DNA of 64,000 nt from the human T2T-CHM13v2.0 reference genome, Homo sapiens: assembly GCF_009914755.1 (NCBI RefSeq), contig NC_060937.1, one strand, 5' to 3'. The notes below the pieces were generated by a model, which saw only the letters and a program-made list of their open reading frames with translations, made no database searches and was not told where the DNA came from. The number at the start of each line of letters is the position of its first letter. The first letter of the stretch is position 1. This document shows, piece by piece, positions 12,424-25,709 of this stretch. A program made the position numbers and the translations under genes.

Positions 12424-14890
12424 TACTGGGAATTGAATGTTTTCACCTTTCAAAACTCATGCTGAAAATTAATCCTCAATGTGCCACTACTGAAAGGTAG
12501 CTTTTAAGAAGTAATTGAGTCAAGAGTTCTCTGCTTTCATAAGTGGATTAAACTATTCATGAATTAATGGATTAATGAATTAATGGGCTATCATGGGAGT
12601 GGCATTAGTGGTTTTATAAGAAGAGAAAAAGAGACCTGGGCAGGTACACTCAGCCCTCTCACCACGTGATGCCCTGTGCCACCTCAGAATTCCCAAGTCC
12701 CCACCAACAAGAAAACACTCACCAGATGTAGCCCTTTGACATTGAACTCAGCCTTTATACTGTAGGGAATATATTTCTCTTCTTTTATAAATCACCCAGT
12801 TTCAGGTGTTCTCTTGTAAGCAACAAAAAATGGACTAAGACAGAAAATTGGTGCTGAGGAGTAAGGTGTTGATGACAACAAATACCTAAAAATGTGGAAA
12901 CAACTTTAGAACTGGGTCATGGGCAGAGACTGGAAGAATTTAGAGGAGCAGGCTAGAAAATGCCTAGGTTCTAATGAGGACTTAGAAGACGAGAAGACTA
13001 GGAAAAGTTTGGAAATCCTTAGAGATTGGTGAAGTGGTCATAAGCAGAAAACTGATAACAACATAGACAGTAAACGCTATTCTCATGAGGTTTCAAATGG
13101 AGTTGAGGAATAAGTTATTGTAAACTAGAGTAAAAGCCAGCCTTGTTATAAACTGGCAAAGAATTTGTCTGAACTGTGCCACTGCCCAGGGTTTTTATGG
13201 AAGGCCAAACTTTTGAAGGATAAAGTAGGATATCTGGCAGAAGAAATTTCTAAGCAAAATATAAAAGAAGATGCATGGTTACTTTTGGCCACTCACACTA
13301 AGATTCTAAAGCAAATAAATAATTTAAAGCCAGAATTTATAATTAAAAGGAAAGCAGAACAGAAAGATTTAGGAAACTCTCAACCTGGTCACATAAAACA
13401 TGAAAAAGTATGTTCTGGAGAGGAAACGAAGGTCATAGCCGAAGGACTGTTTGCTAATGAGATTAACATGGATAGAAGGGAATGAAACAAAGATGCTGAA
13501 AGCATTTCAGATATCTTTAAGGTTTCCCCTTCAATCCCAGGCCCAGAGGCCTAGGAAGGCAGAATGATTCCAAGGGACAGACCTCAGCTGCTCTTCCTGG
13601 GCTTGAAGCTGAGGGCCATCTTAGGACTCTACCCTCCACACCTCAGCACAGTGCTCCCTGGCTACCCCAGCTGTGGCTGATGCAGCTGCAGGTGGGGCTC
13701 ATGCCACAGTTCCAGAAGGTAAAAGTCATAAGCCTTGACAGTGTCCATGTGGTGCGGATTTTGCTGCCTAGCAGAAAGCAAGAAAGCTGGAGGTTTGGCA
13801 GCCTCCACATACATTTCAAAGGATGTCTTCAACAGCCTGTGGTCCCAGTCAGAAGCTTGTAGCTGAGCAGGGCCACTGCAGCAGGCCCCCAGTAAAGCAA
13901 TGCTGAGTAGAAACTTGGGGTTGAAGCTACTGCGGCGCATCCTCACAGGGCAATTCCTACTGGAGCCATGGGAACAGGACTACAGAACTGTGGAGTCACC
14001 AGCAGCATGCAACACCCACCCAGGAAAGTTTCAGGCCCCATGCTCCAACCCATGTTGGTAGTCATATGAGCTGCACCCAGCAGAACCACAGGAGCAGGGA
14101 TTCCTGAGGCTTTGAACCCCTGTCCCAGTGTGTTCTAGAATGTTTGACATGGAATCAAAAGAGATTGTTCTCCACCTTTAAGGCTAAATGTTTGCCCTGC
14201 TGGGTTTTGGACTTGCTTGGAGCTTTTTACTCTTATTTTGATTCTCTCTCCCTTTTGGAATGGGAATGTCTGTCCTATACCTGTAACACCATTTTATCTT
14301 GAAAGTGGATAACTTGCCTCAATTTTGGAGGTTTACAAGTAAGACTCTGGAATTTGGACTTTTGAGCTGATGCTGATGCTGAAATGAGTTAAGTCTTTGG
14401 GGCTATGAGGATGGAAAAAAACGTATATGTATTTAAAGTTGTGAGAAAGACATAAATTTTGGAGATCCAAGGGCAGAACACTATGACGTGAAAGTTTGTT
14501 CCCTCTGAAATTCATGTTGCATGAACTTTGTCCCCAGTGTGGCAGTATCGAGAGGTAAGGCCTTCAAGAGGTAATTGGATCACGGCCCTCATGAGGGAAT
14601 TTATCAATTAATGGATTAATGGATTAATGAATTGTCATGGGAGAGATATTAGTGGTTTCAAAAGCAGAGAAAGAGAGACCTGAGCTAGCACACTCCTCCC
14701 CTTCACCATGCGATGCCTTTCACTACCTTGCAACTCTACAGCGAGTCGCCACCAGCAATGAGATGCTCATCAGATATGGATCCTCAACCTTGAAATGCTC
14801 ATCTCCATACTGTAAGATATACATTTTATTCTTTATAAATTACCCAACTATGAAGGTTTTGTTATAAGTAACAGAAAATTGACTAAGAGA
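12424..14890 (+). mobile_element. Full-length MaLR element (MSTC-like): LTR ~12424-12842, internal region, LTR ~14480-14890
   Basis: Two similar LTRs share the atggattaatg repeats and the gactaagaca-type end. The internal region carries MaLR ORF remnants (YLAEEISKQ in ORF 13165-13485). Confidence 0.9.
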
Positions 14891-15619
14891 AAAACACAGA
14901 GACACAAAAATAAACATAATTTTTCTTAAGCATAATTTTTATTGTTTATCAGATTTTCACATGGATATGGCTCAAATTTTTATTTGATTTGTCTCTATTA
15001 CACAGAATTATGAATATGTTTTGATGTTACTGGCGTTATTTTTTAAGCATATTTAACCTAATTCAACTAATAGTTTTTTTTATATATTATAACCAGAGAG
15101 GGCAAATTTTGAAATTATTTTTATCTATAATCCAAGGATAATATGCATTAAAGTAAGAAATAAGGTTTCCTTTGGCTATATGTTGCTTTAGTATGGTATC
15201 TTGTTATTGTATATACCATATAATAAGTTTTGTAACATGCATTATATAATCATGTTAAATTTATTAACACAGGCTTTGAAATAATCATTAAAACTATACA
15301 TTTAACAAGATCGGAGTCATATGGTGCGCATCTGCCAGTACAGGTATGTACGTTCTAAATCTGGTAATTAATTTCTTCCTTCATATACAATGTGTTAGGT
15401 CCTAAATTAGATCCTATACTACATAATATTTCAAATTATGAACAGACTGGTAAATTTAGTAAGAGAGATATATAAGGGGACATACATGGAGTGCCAAAAA
15501 ATAAAAAGCATCAAGTGTGAGAGAATAATGCCAACTGATATTTTTTCAGTGATTAATATGTATCGTGAACTGATGATGTAAGCAATTTTACATGTTTTAT
15601 CTATTTTACTTCCCAGAAA

Positions 15620-15745
15620 TCTTACTAAATATAATTTCAGATTGCCACCTTTGGACAGATGAAAATACTGAGGCAGAGAAAAGTTAAGTAAGTTCCCCAA
15701 AGAGAAATACACAGCTAAGAAGTGTTAGTTTAACCTGACCATGTG
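15620..15745 (-). mobile_element. MIR fragment
   Basis: acagatgaaaatactgaggcagagaaaagttaagtaagttccccaa matches the MIR core. Confidence 0.75.
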
Positions 15746-18189
15746 GCAGAAAGCCAGATATGCAAAGAAAAACATGGGGGAATGGATCAAGAATGGTAAA
15801 TTGACATATTATTATAAAAGAATTTAAATGAAAATTTAAGATGTTTTGTGTCAAATAAATGAATGAGAGTCATCGTAGGTGATCGTCCTTTGGACATTAA
15901 TTTTAATATACTGCATGATGGAATAAGTACTCATACTGATCTTGAAAAACCCGACTTTCTAGTTACCAATTGCTTGTTCTTTCTACATTATTTTCTATCT
16001 GTTAGGCCTGAACTCTTTTTCTCAAATATATCATTTCTCCTTAACTTCTAAAACCACTTAATAAAAGCCTATCTGCCTTCTGCCTACTTTTAAAGTGATT
16101 ATCTACTACTTACTTTTTAAAATCAAGAAGTTATATGAGGTAAGTAAGACAGTAGAGGGTGATATAATAAGAAAAAAATATGAAAGATTAGATATAAAAA
16201 GAAAAAATCAATATCTAATTGCAGTATGTGATATTATACACTCAAAAATCATGTGTGTGTATATATATACACCCATATATCTATTTCCCAATAGCTTCCT
16301 TACATAATAACAACATTAGATTTCTACTTTTAAAAATATTGCACTCTTTTTGTAATTTGATCTCTTTTGTGCTAATTTTAATTAAGTTTTACAAACAATT
16401 TTGATATTCATGAATGAAGTACTGTCTGTATTGTCTATTTGCATTGTCATTATGTATGTGAGCAATATCTTAGGAAGATTTCTACTGATAAAAAAGACAC
16501 TAATTTCAGCATTGCAAGATGTACATCAGCAAGGTAGATTTCAAGAATCTTTTTAGGCAGAGGTTCTTATTCTAGAGCCCATGGACAACCAGGAGGCCAT
16601 GAGAAGATTTCAAAATGTCTTTGAGTGTTTTAAGACATTCTGCAAGAATGAATGTGTATATGCATCTTTCATTGGTGCTCCTGGAATTTATAAAACATAC
16701 ATTAAGAAACAAATATCAAGAATGACTACTGGAACCAAGTTACTCCTAAATGGGATGGCTAATCTGAAACACATTGATTTATCCTTTATTCACCAGAGAC
16801 TGAAGGATCTTGCTATCTACCGACCTCTGGAATGTTCCCTGGCTTATCGAAGCCTTTTTGCTTCCAAAAAAGTTAATACAGGTGTCAGTCACTGAAACTC
16901 AGATTTTGGACCAATATAAATTAAATATTTATTCTTTCATGCCTATCAATCCTTGACAACTCACTGACAAAGGTTAACATTATTGAGACTCAGCTCCCAA
17001 TTCACCTCTTGGTGATTCATTTGCAGTTTTCTCTTCAGTACACAGTGGAATATTTGTAATTGACTTCTCCTTAATTAAATCTTATGTATCGCTAGAATAA
17101 TTAGTAAAGTTATACATAGGCCTAAAAGAGTAGACGGCATAAAACATACCCTCTAATTATTTTCAATATTAATTAGACATAAATGGCAAATAAATTTGCC
17201 ACCTAGATGATTATTTTATTTGGCACAAGAAATCCAGGGCTTTGATACAACTGAATATTGCACACCATAATACTGAATCTAGGATCAAAACTTTGTAATG
17301 TATGTTTTCTTCCCAGTTCAGGAAACTTCTTGCCTGGTTATATTCACCAGCCCAAGTGGATAGGAGAATATTGTTTGTAATTAGCTGATTAATTTGAACC
17401 TTGTGAGCAGTCCACTTGAAAACAACTGACTCTAAATATGTGTGCCTTTAAAAATATTTTACATCATTTAATTAGATCATTTGTTGATTAAAAATAAAAT
17501 TTAATGGTGCCAAACTCTCTTAAAACATAGTAAAATATAATCATAAAAATTAAGCCTTCCCAGATCCATTCTCAACTAAGGAGTCTCTAGCATAAATACG
17601 ATGTTAATGAAACACAGAAAGTTATATGTATACCTTTACTTCTGAAAAATTAAATATGTAAGACTGTGCAAAAGGTTTTATAAGGTGTGCTAAGCAGTGA
17701 CTGCATTTCCTATGAGCAGAGGTTTAGAATGTGTGTGTTTCTGTGTGTCATATTAAATTTCACCAAATTCAACATGTACCTTTATTTTATTTAATATTAA
17801 CAAGCAAAATCTCAAAAAGCAGAATTCAATAAGAGTTTAAAAATACTTGTAATTTTCCATCTCAAAGTAAAGGTGAAAAAACTGAAAATTATAGCAAGGA
17901 AACTTAGCTGTCTCTATCTTGGCAAAAGATAAAACAAGGGAAAAAAAAACTCACTTGAATATTTGAACCATAGGCTTATGCTCATTTAGATTTAAGATTT
18001 CAATCCACATGACAAATATGGTACCCCAAAAAGCTTATGTAGAGAATATAATTTAAGTGTTCTCACATTGTTAGTGCCACTTGATGACTTGGAGAAACAA
18101 ACTCTGATCATATCTTGAAGATACAAAATTTAATCTATCCAGGCAAAGGCAATTTTAAGATGTAACTCAAACTCAGATAAGATGTGGTA

Positions 18190-18880
18190 GTTCTATGTAG
18201 GACCACATAGGAAGCCACTTCAGGGCTTTAAACAGAGAAATAGCAAGTTCCAAAATATATTTCACTACAAATCCCTTTGGATTATGTCTGAAGAATGGAT
18301 TGAAGATGTAATAATAGAAACAGAGACATTAAATAGGAGGCCATTTTACTAATGAATGAGAGGGATGCTGATGACTCAGACCATGGTGTTATTAGCATGT
18401 CATAAAAAGTGATTCACATATGTGTATTCTTGAAATCTGGCCAACAGGACTTGTTGATCTACAGAATGTAAGGTGTAAAACAAAAAACATGTGAAGAATA
18501 ACCCCAAGTATTTTATGAGCAATGGGAGGAACACAATTAATACCAAAGATGGTGCAGGTCTGAGCGGGGAAAGACAGAGGTTTAGTGTCATGTTTGAGAT
18601 GTGCATCAGACATTCAAGCAAAGGTGTCAGGTAGGCAGTTGTAGGTATGAGGATGGAATTTATAAGAGATCTCTGATATAGAGATATGATTTGTGTTTTT
18701 TGTCATTTATTTAAAGCAATAATACAAGAGGACAGCACCAAGGGAATGAGCCTAGACCAAGAAAGGTACTACAAACTGGGTCTGAAGCACTGTGAACAGG
18801 GTGGAAGAAGAGCAAAACATAAAACCTGTTTCAGAGAATGAGTGACAAGTTTTGTTGGGTCAAATACAGCGACTGCTCAT
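18190..18880 (-). mobile_element. L2 fragment
   Basis: Degenerate L2 motifs (ggaagccact..agggctttaaacag; caacaggacttg.tgat; tgtttgagatgtgcatcagacattcaag). Confidence 0.7.
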
Positions 18881-18887
18881 GTATAAC

Positions 18888-19222
18888 CTTTATTGATTCC
18901 ATGTTTGTATCCCTCCAAAATTTATATGTTCAAGTTCTAACCCCCAGTATGATGACATTAGGAGGTGGGGCTTTTGAAAGGTAAAGCCCTCATTATGGGA
19001 TTCAAGTCCTTAAAAACAGAGAAGAGACAAGAGATCTTTCTTCACTATATGAGGATGCAGCGAGTAGATGGATGTTGTAAACTAAGAAGTTGACCTTCAC
19101 CAAGGATCCACTCATGTTGCCACACGGATCTCAGACTCCTAGCCTCCAGAACTGTGAGCAATAAATTTTTGTTGTTTAAGGCATTTAGTCTATTCTATTC
19201 TGTTATAGCAGATTGAACCAAT
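18888..19222 (+). mobile_element. MLT1A-like MaLR solo LTR
   Basis: ccctccaaaatttatatgtt...gcctccagaactgtgagcaataaatttttgttgtttaag. Confidence 0.85.
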
Positions 19223-19555
19223 GCTGTGACATAAACAAAAACAATTCAGGTATTGTGGATGGAAAATTATGATGGGATAAATGTCTAAAAGGTTGTCTGT
19301 GTCAGATACTTTTGTTTCTGTGGCCTAGCAAATAAGGAATATTGAACATTTCTTCAATTGTTAATTCATGCTAATACAGGCCTTAAGATTAATTCTTTCT
19401 ATGGGAAATGCATAGTTCTAGGTTGTTGATGGCTAGGGAAAGAGGACTTTGGATGTTTGTCAGAGAACTGCTTTTAGTAAATTATAATTTAGACAGCCTT
19501 TTAAAAATATAAATCATATAAACCACACAGTGAATACAAATGGACCATGAAGCAT

Positions 19556-19955
19556 TACCTTGGCTTGTTTGGTCTGCTATAACAATTCCATAAACTGGAC
19601 TGGGTAGTTTATAAACAATAGATATTTATTGATCACAGTTCTGGAGGCTGGGGAGTCCAAGATCACTTACAGATTGGGAGTCTGGTGAGGGGCCACTTTC
19701 TAGTTCATAGATGGTACCTTCTTAATGTGTCTTCTTATGGCAAAAGGGGCAGATGAGCTCCCTTTGGCATATTTTATAAGGATACTAACACCATTCGTGG
19801 TGATATTAGTCTCATGAACTAATCATATCCCAAAAGACCTCACCTCCTAATAATATATGAATTTTTTAATTCATGTGAATGAAACCCATTCATTTGTTGA
19901 AATCCTGGATTTCAACATGTAAATTTCGTAGAGATACAAACATTCAGACCATAGT
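19556..19955 (-). mobile_element. MLT1A-like MaLR solo LTR
   Basis: cacagttctggaggctggggagtccaagatca...acaaacattcagaccatag. Confidence 0.85.
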
Positions 19956-20707
19956 AAGCATCATAACATGTTAAATATTTGCCTCATGTCATTTGGTTAT
20001 AGAAAGATGTTACTGTTTCAAATAAGATGAAAACAGTACTATACCTAAATGAAAGATGCGGCAGTTGTATGAAATGGTTGGCAATAAAATTAGAAAAAAA
20101 TAAAAAGTGAGAAAGATTTGAAGAATAGTTAAACACATAAAGACAATTGACATGTTCATCCAACTCCAGAGAAACAGGTGCTCTGTCTTGCCAAACTGGG
20201 CTTTCAAGGCCAGGCACATCACTAAAGGCAAGACTGGTAGAAATTCAAATTTCCTAAGTTCATTTTTCTGACTCCACTCATTACCATCAAACCCTTGATC
20301 ATTTGTCTCCTCAAGGAGCCAGGATGAAATAAAATAATTTGGAGCCAGAACAACATGGTCATGTGGCATACATAGTTTTGTTTCTCATTTATATTAACAA
20401 TTTTTTTGTTTTAGCTTCACATATTATTCTTCTGAACTTTTTCTTTTCAGTTTAGTTGTCTTAAGTATCACAAATGTCTTGATAGAGCAGGTGACATAGG
20501 AAATCTTAATTTATGGAGCATAGTAAAATTTTAAGAAGTCATGCTCTTTTGACCTGGTTTAAATAGTTAAGAGAGATTATGCCAAAGTAACAATAAGCCC
20601 AGAAGAAGAAATAAACAAGATTTCCTGTGGAATAATGGTCCCAATAAGAGTCAATAGTAAAATGGGTTCCAATAAGCAAAATGAGGAAACGATCTAAGGT
20701 TTTTTAA

Positions 20708-20912
20708 TCCTAGTTCTCAACTACCGGTGATCGTACCTTCAGGGTACATTTAGCAATATCCGGAGATATTTTCGATTGTCATAACTCACCAGTGGGTACT
20801 GGATTATAGTGTATAGAGGCAAGGGATGTGGCCAAACATCCTCCAAAGCACAAAATACCTCTGCACAATGAAGGATCATCCAATCCAAAATGCCACTAAT
20901 GCTGAGGTTGAA
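20708..20912 (+). mobile_element. MER20 hAT-Charlie element
   Basis: gttctcaac...acatttagcaatatccggagatattttcgattgtcataact...aatgctgaggttga. Confidence 0.85.
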
Positions 20913-21055
20913 GTAGTGACATATAGGTAACCCTACCCCTGTTCCTTACCGTTTACCTGCTCATCACTTTAATAAAGCAAGAATTGCTTAAAAATCTCTT
21001 TCATATCATATGATACAAAATTATAAGATATAATATGATACGATATGATGTGATC

Positions 21056-21533
21056 TACTGGGTTGAATAGGGTCCTCCAAAAAATCTTGCTCAGTGGGAG
21101 TTTGTGAATATGACTCTCTTTGAAAATAGAGTCTTTGCCAGATGTAATAAAGTTAAGATGATATAATATTGAATTAGAGTGGACCCTAAATTCAGCACCT
21201 AAAGTCCTTATAAAGAGAGGGTGACTACAGAGAGAGACAGAAACATAGAGATATAGAGGAAGGAGAAAGAGAAGAAAGAAGTCCATGTGACAATAAAGGC
21301 AGAGATTAGAATGATACCAGTTGAAGCCAAGGAACAACTACGATTGCAAGCCATTCACACAAGCTAGAAAGAATCAAGGAAGGATCCCTCCCTAGAGACT
21401 TCAGAGAGATTATGGTTCAGGTGAAATGTGATAGAAAACTTCTAAAATCCAGAACGTTGAGATAATTAATTTGTGTTGTTTTAAACAATTGGGTTTGTGG
21501 TACATGGTTATGACATCCCCAGGAAATTAACAC
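21056..21533 (+). mobile_element. MLT1C-like solo LTR within a degenerate (GATAT)n tract
   Basis: gggttgaatagggtcctccaaaa...aagccaaggaa...ccctagagacttcagagag...ggaaattaacac. Confidence 0.85.
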
Positions 21534-24500
21534 GTGTGCTCTGGATATGATATGCTATGACATGATGTGATATAACATAATGACATTGTATATGTAATGG
21601 CCAGGATTTCTTGATGCTGAGTATAAGGGAAACAAAACTCCATCATTCTTTCTTGTCTCCAGAGTAGCCTAAAATTTAGATTGAGTGGTAAGTATTTTGC
21701 TAAGTCAAGACATAAATAAATATTCTTTATAAAACTTCCCAAAACATCAGTAGTGTTATTATTTGGCATTCAGAATACTAATATTTTAAAAAAGAAAGTA
21801 TCCCCAGTAAATAGAGGATTACAGAGACCAATTTGAATTTATTTTCTGCAAAAAATCAACATATAAAATGGCTCAATCTTCATAAAAATTCTACTCATAT
21901 CTTAAGAGAAAGGTGATCCATATTTTATGCTTTTTAAAGGTGTACTTCCTGTCTGAGTAAATATAATATGTCCAAATTTGTTTACATTATGCTAAGAATT
22001 TTAAAAGAGAGATTGATATTTTGTTTAGTTGTAAAATATTTAAGTATTCAACAATAAGACTCAGTAAGGTATAGTTACCTGCTGTGCTTCAAATGATTGA
22101 CATTAAAATATATATAAGTACTATAGCAGGAAAAGTTGGTTATATAATTTCATAATCACTGCTAATCCAATGCAAAGAAATTTAAAGTAGTGTTAAATTC
22201 AGACAAAACAAGAATAGGAACGTCTCTTGTCTAATGCCTACAAGATATTAAAGAAACTCATTGGAAAAATGAAATATTTATTCAAATAGTTTTTCTGAGT
22301 CATAAAATTTTAAAGTCTTCATAGTGGTTATTTGAATTCTACTGCACAAACTGGATGTTATTCACACTATATTGGAATTGCAGATATGATTTCTGATTTT
22401 AGAATAACTTAGTTTTTTTATTAGTTACTTAAATATTATTGAAGTAACTATATTTATTTTTAATATTGATGATTTAGATGATCCTATGTAAAAATTATAC
22501 TACAATGAAAATCTAAAATAATTGCTCATTTAAATAGAATAGGCATTACTATATTGACTACATTAGTTTGATTTGCCTTTTTAATGACTATATTTAGTTC
22601 TAAATGGCTGATTTAAAAAAAAAAAAGTTCTCCAGATTGTAAATATACTACCCCACAGATTTCTTAATTTTACCCTGAATAAAGCAACAATGGAGCATAT
22701 ACATTGATGTATTTAAAATAATGTTTTTAATCTACAGATGGCTCATAGTTAAATATACATTCTTAAAAATATTGTTTATTGATTTACATATAGGGAACTT
22801 CATAGTAATTTAAAAATGCAATCTCAAGGGGTATATGTATTTATTATTCTACATTCTAGTGTTCGTTTTTCCATGCAAATAAAAGTGGAAAACATCTGAC
22901 CTGTCTGGTGTCATTAGCAGCAAATGGTGCATAAACTTTCACTCTTCAACCACATAGACTGCCGTAAACCGTGTCATATTTTTGAACATAAAAAAGGACT
23001 GGAAGCTAAAAGATAGAGATGGTAGTCCTCTTGGATATCTAAATGTTAACTATTATGTTATGGAATAATTTAGGAAATATTGCAAAAGTTATATCGTGCT
23101 ATTAGGCAGCAAAACTGAGGTGCAGTGCTTTTAACATTTTATTCAACCTAATTAAACTAACCAAACTATTTCTATATCAGTTTATTAAAACCATGTCACT
23201 ATACTTGGAGGAAATTGATGCTTTCTAAATTAAAATAAAAGTAAATGAAGAGTTTTCTTAGATTTATGTTTGCACTTAAGCATTTGATTTCCTCTGAACA
23301 CCCCAGTAACTGTATTCTTTAGTCACTGCTCATGTCTACACCTTGATTACTCTTCAACATAACCTCAGTCTTTTTAACAGTGCCTGGCATATTATCAGGC
23401 AATAAACATATGTTGAATAAATAAACTCGGGATGAAAGTTGTGATAATTTTATAATACCTTAAACATATAATGAACAAAGATAAATCTGAAATAATAACT
23501 ATTGCAATACCTGTGGCAGAATAAGTCTAGAACATATTTAAAATACAGAAAGAAAATAAGAACATATTCATGGGTGAGTTAAACTATAACTCAATTAAGC
23601 TCTGCTAGTTATATTTAAAGACAAAAGTGTTAACTTGTTGCATCTTAAGTTAAAATATTATTATTTAGTAATATTAACAAGAAGTAAAACTAACAAAAAG
23701 CACTCTGAGCTACAGATGCAAATATTTTAAAATTTGTTGTTTCAATAATAAAACAAAGTTTTGAGGAAATAATAATATAACTGGTAATACTCATAATTGA
23801 AAAAACAGAAATAAAATTATGAAATAATTCTGAAAAATTACAAAATAAAACCACGAAATTCAGAGAATAAAAATTATAGAGAAATAAATAAAATATGTTT
23901 GTTTAATAAATGCTCATAAATAAAAACATATAATCAAAATTAGAGTCTGCACAGTACGTTGGAAGATGGTCTTCATTATCCAATTGTGAAATGGATATTA
24001 CAGATGATTTTCAGGTGTAAAACAGCATTATATTATTTAGGAAAATGAACACAAAAATGTATTTTTAAAAATATACCTAAATTATCATGAGATTATTTAG
24101 TGGAGGAAAGGACTGTTTTAACTGTCAATAATCATTTAGTTATATGAAGCATTGAAACTTGTTGGTATAACAACGACAAGTTCTTGTTGGTGTCTAAATA
24201 AAATCTCACTTTATCTAAAAATAAACTACTTCTTTAATATAAATATATTTACATATTTATATGATTATATTTATATTATATATCATTGATATTTAAATTT
24301 CTTCAGAAGTAATAACATTTAGACAATATCATAGCATTGTTTACATTTGGGTTATTACCTGTTGCAATTGCTTACTGAGGTTCTATTAAGAAAGCAGAAC
24401 ATATGCTCTTAACTAACAAATGCAGAAGAATAAATTTGGGAAATGACGTGTTTTAAAGACATGTTGGATCATAGAATTTTCTTGTGTATTCCTGTATTGA

Positions 24501-25589
24501 CAATTTACATATTTTAGAACAAGATGTTAACTACATCCTATGGTAATTATGCTACACCTATGTGTACATTTCAGGGAGATTAATATTAGCCATTTGTCAT
24601 ATATCTATTTAGTAAGATATGCTAATTTTCACGAAATGAATATGAACCTCATGCAGAAACATATCTTACAAGAAGCATTGTTGATCAATTGGCCAAGTCA
24701 AACTACATTCCCAATGAAATTCCATAGAACTATACTAATTTTTGAAGTCCATTTAAAAGCTACTATAAAACACGTACAATATGCAGCATATTCTATTGTA
24801 TGAATGCCAATGCAAAATACAGAATTCAGTTTTCACCAACTGAATATTTGAGTGGTGGTGGACATATTCATGATAAAATATAATTCATATTTTATTTTAA
24901 TCAGTTTTTACTTATATAGAATACCATCAGCCTCTGCTTTCAGTAAGATGAAAGAGATGCTCATATTCTTCTGCTATTTTATACATGAGTATGTTAAATA
25001 TAATAGTTATGATTTTATATATTGTTAGAGAGCCTAAAGACAATATACAAATCCACTAAAGAAAGGAGCGAAGCTCTTTAAGTCCAAAGAATACAATAAA
25101 TTCTGAAGCTTTTAGATACTAAGGGGCATAAATAGATGATGATGGTCTAGAAATATAGTACCATGGTCTATGTAGAGTGGGAATTGGATTCAAGACCATG
25201 TTATGTATATTGATTTCCAAAGCAATCTTACCTCTTGGGAAAATAATGAATTAGGAAAAAGAAATTCCACCATAAAGGCTGAACAGCCAGAGAAATGTTC
25301 TGCTTCATCCCTAGCTTTGGGTGTAGAATTTTTAAAAAATGCCTCCCTTGAGAATATATTACTATTGTCAGAGTCTCACGTGATTTGATTATTGAATCTC
25401 AAGTTATCTCAGACCACATGCTTTTTGAAACAGCATGAAAATAGGTCTAAATATTGTGAGGTAACTGACAGAAGCAAACACAAATCCTTCCAGAAGAAAT
25501 GCTCAGTCAACATGTCTCGAAAGGTTTCTATAGATAAAATTCCCAAAAGTACTAAGTCATAAGAATAAGTAGGTACAATTTTTAAATGC

Positions 25590-25709
25590 ACACATTTTTT
25601 TCAAATTGTTGCAAATCTCCAAAATATTTCCCAATATATTTATTGAAAAAAATGTATGTATAAGTGGACCCATATAGTCCAAAACTATATTATTTAGGGG
25701 TCAACTGTA
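25590..25709 (+). mobile_element. Tigger2/MER8-type TcMar DNA transposon 3' end
   Basis: gtataagtggaccc...agggtcaactgta-type terminus ending in TA. Confidence 0.8.

Noticed and set aside
13165-13946. ORFs of 60-106 aa (also 49030-50200)
   Set aside because: Remnants of the MaLR internal ORF, not host genes.
16581-16895. 104-aa ATG-initiated ORF in mostly unique sequence
   Set aside because: No recognisable domain or promoter context. Its 5' part resembles a degenerate DNA-transposon end, and the length is compatible with chance.
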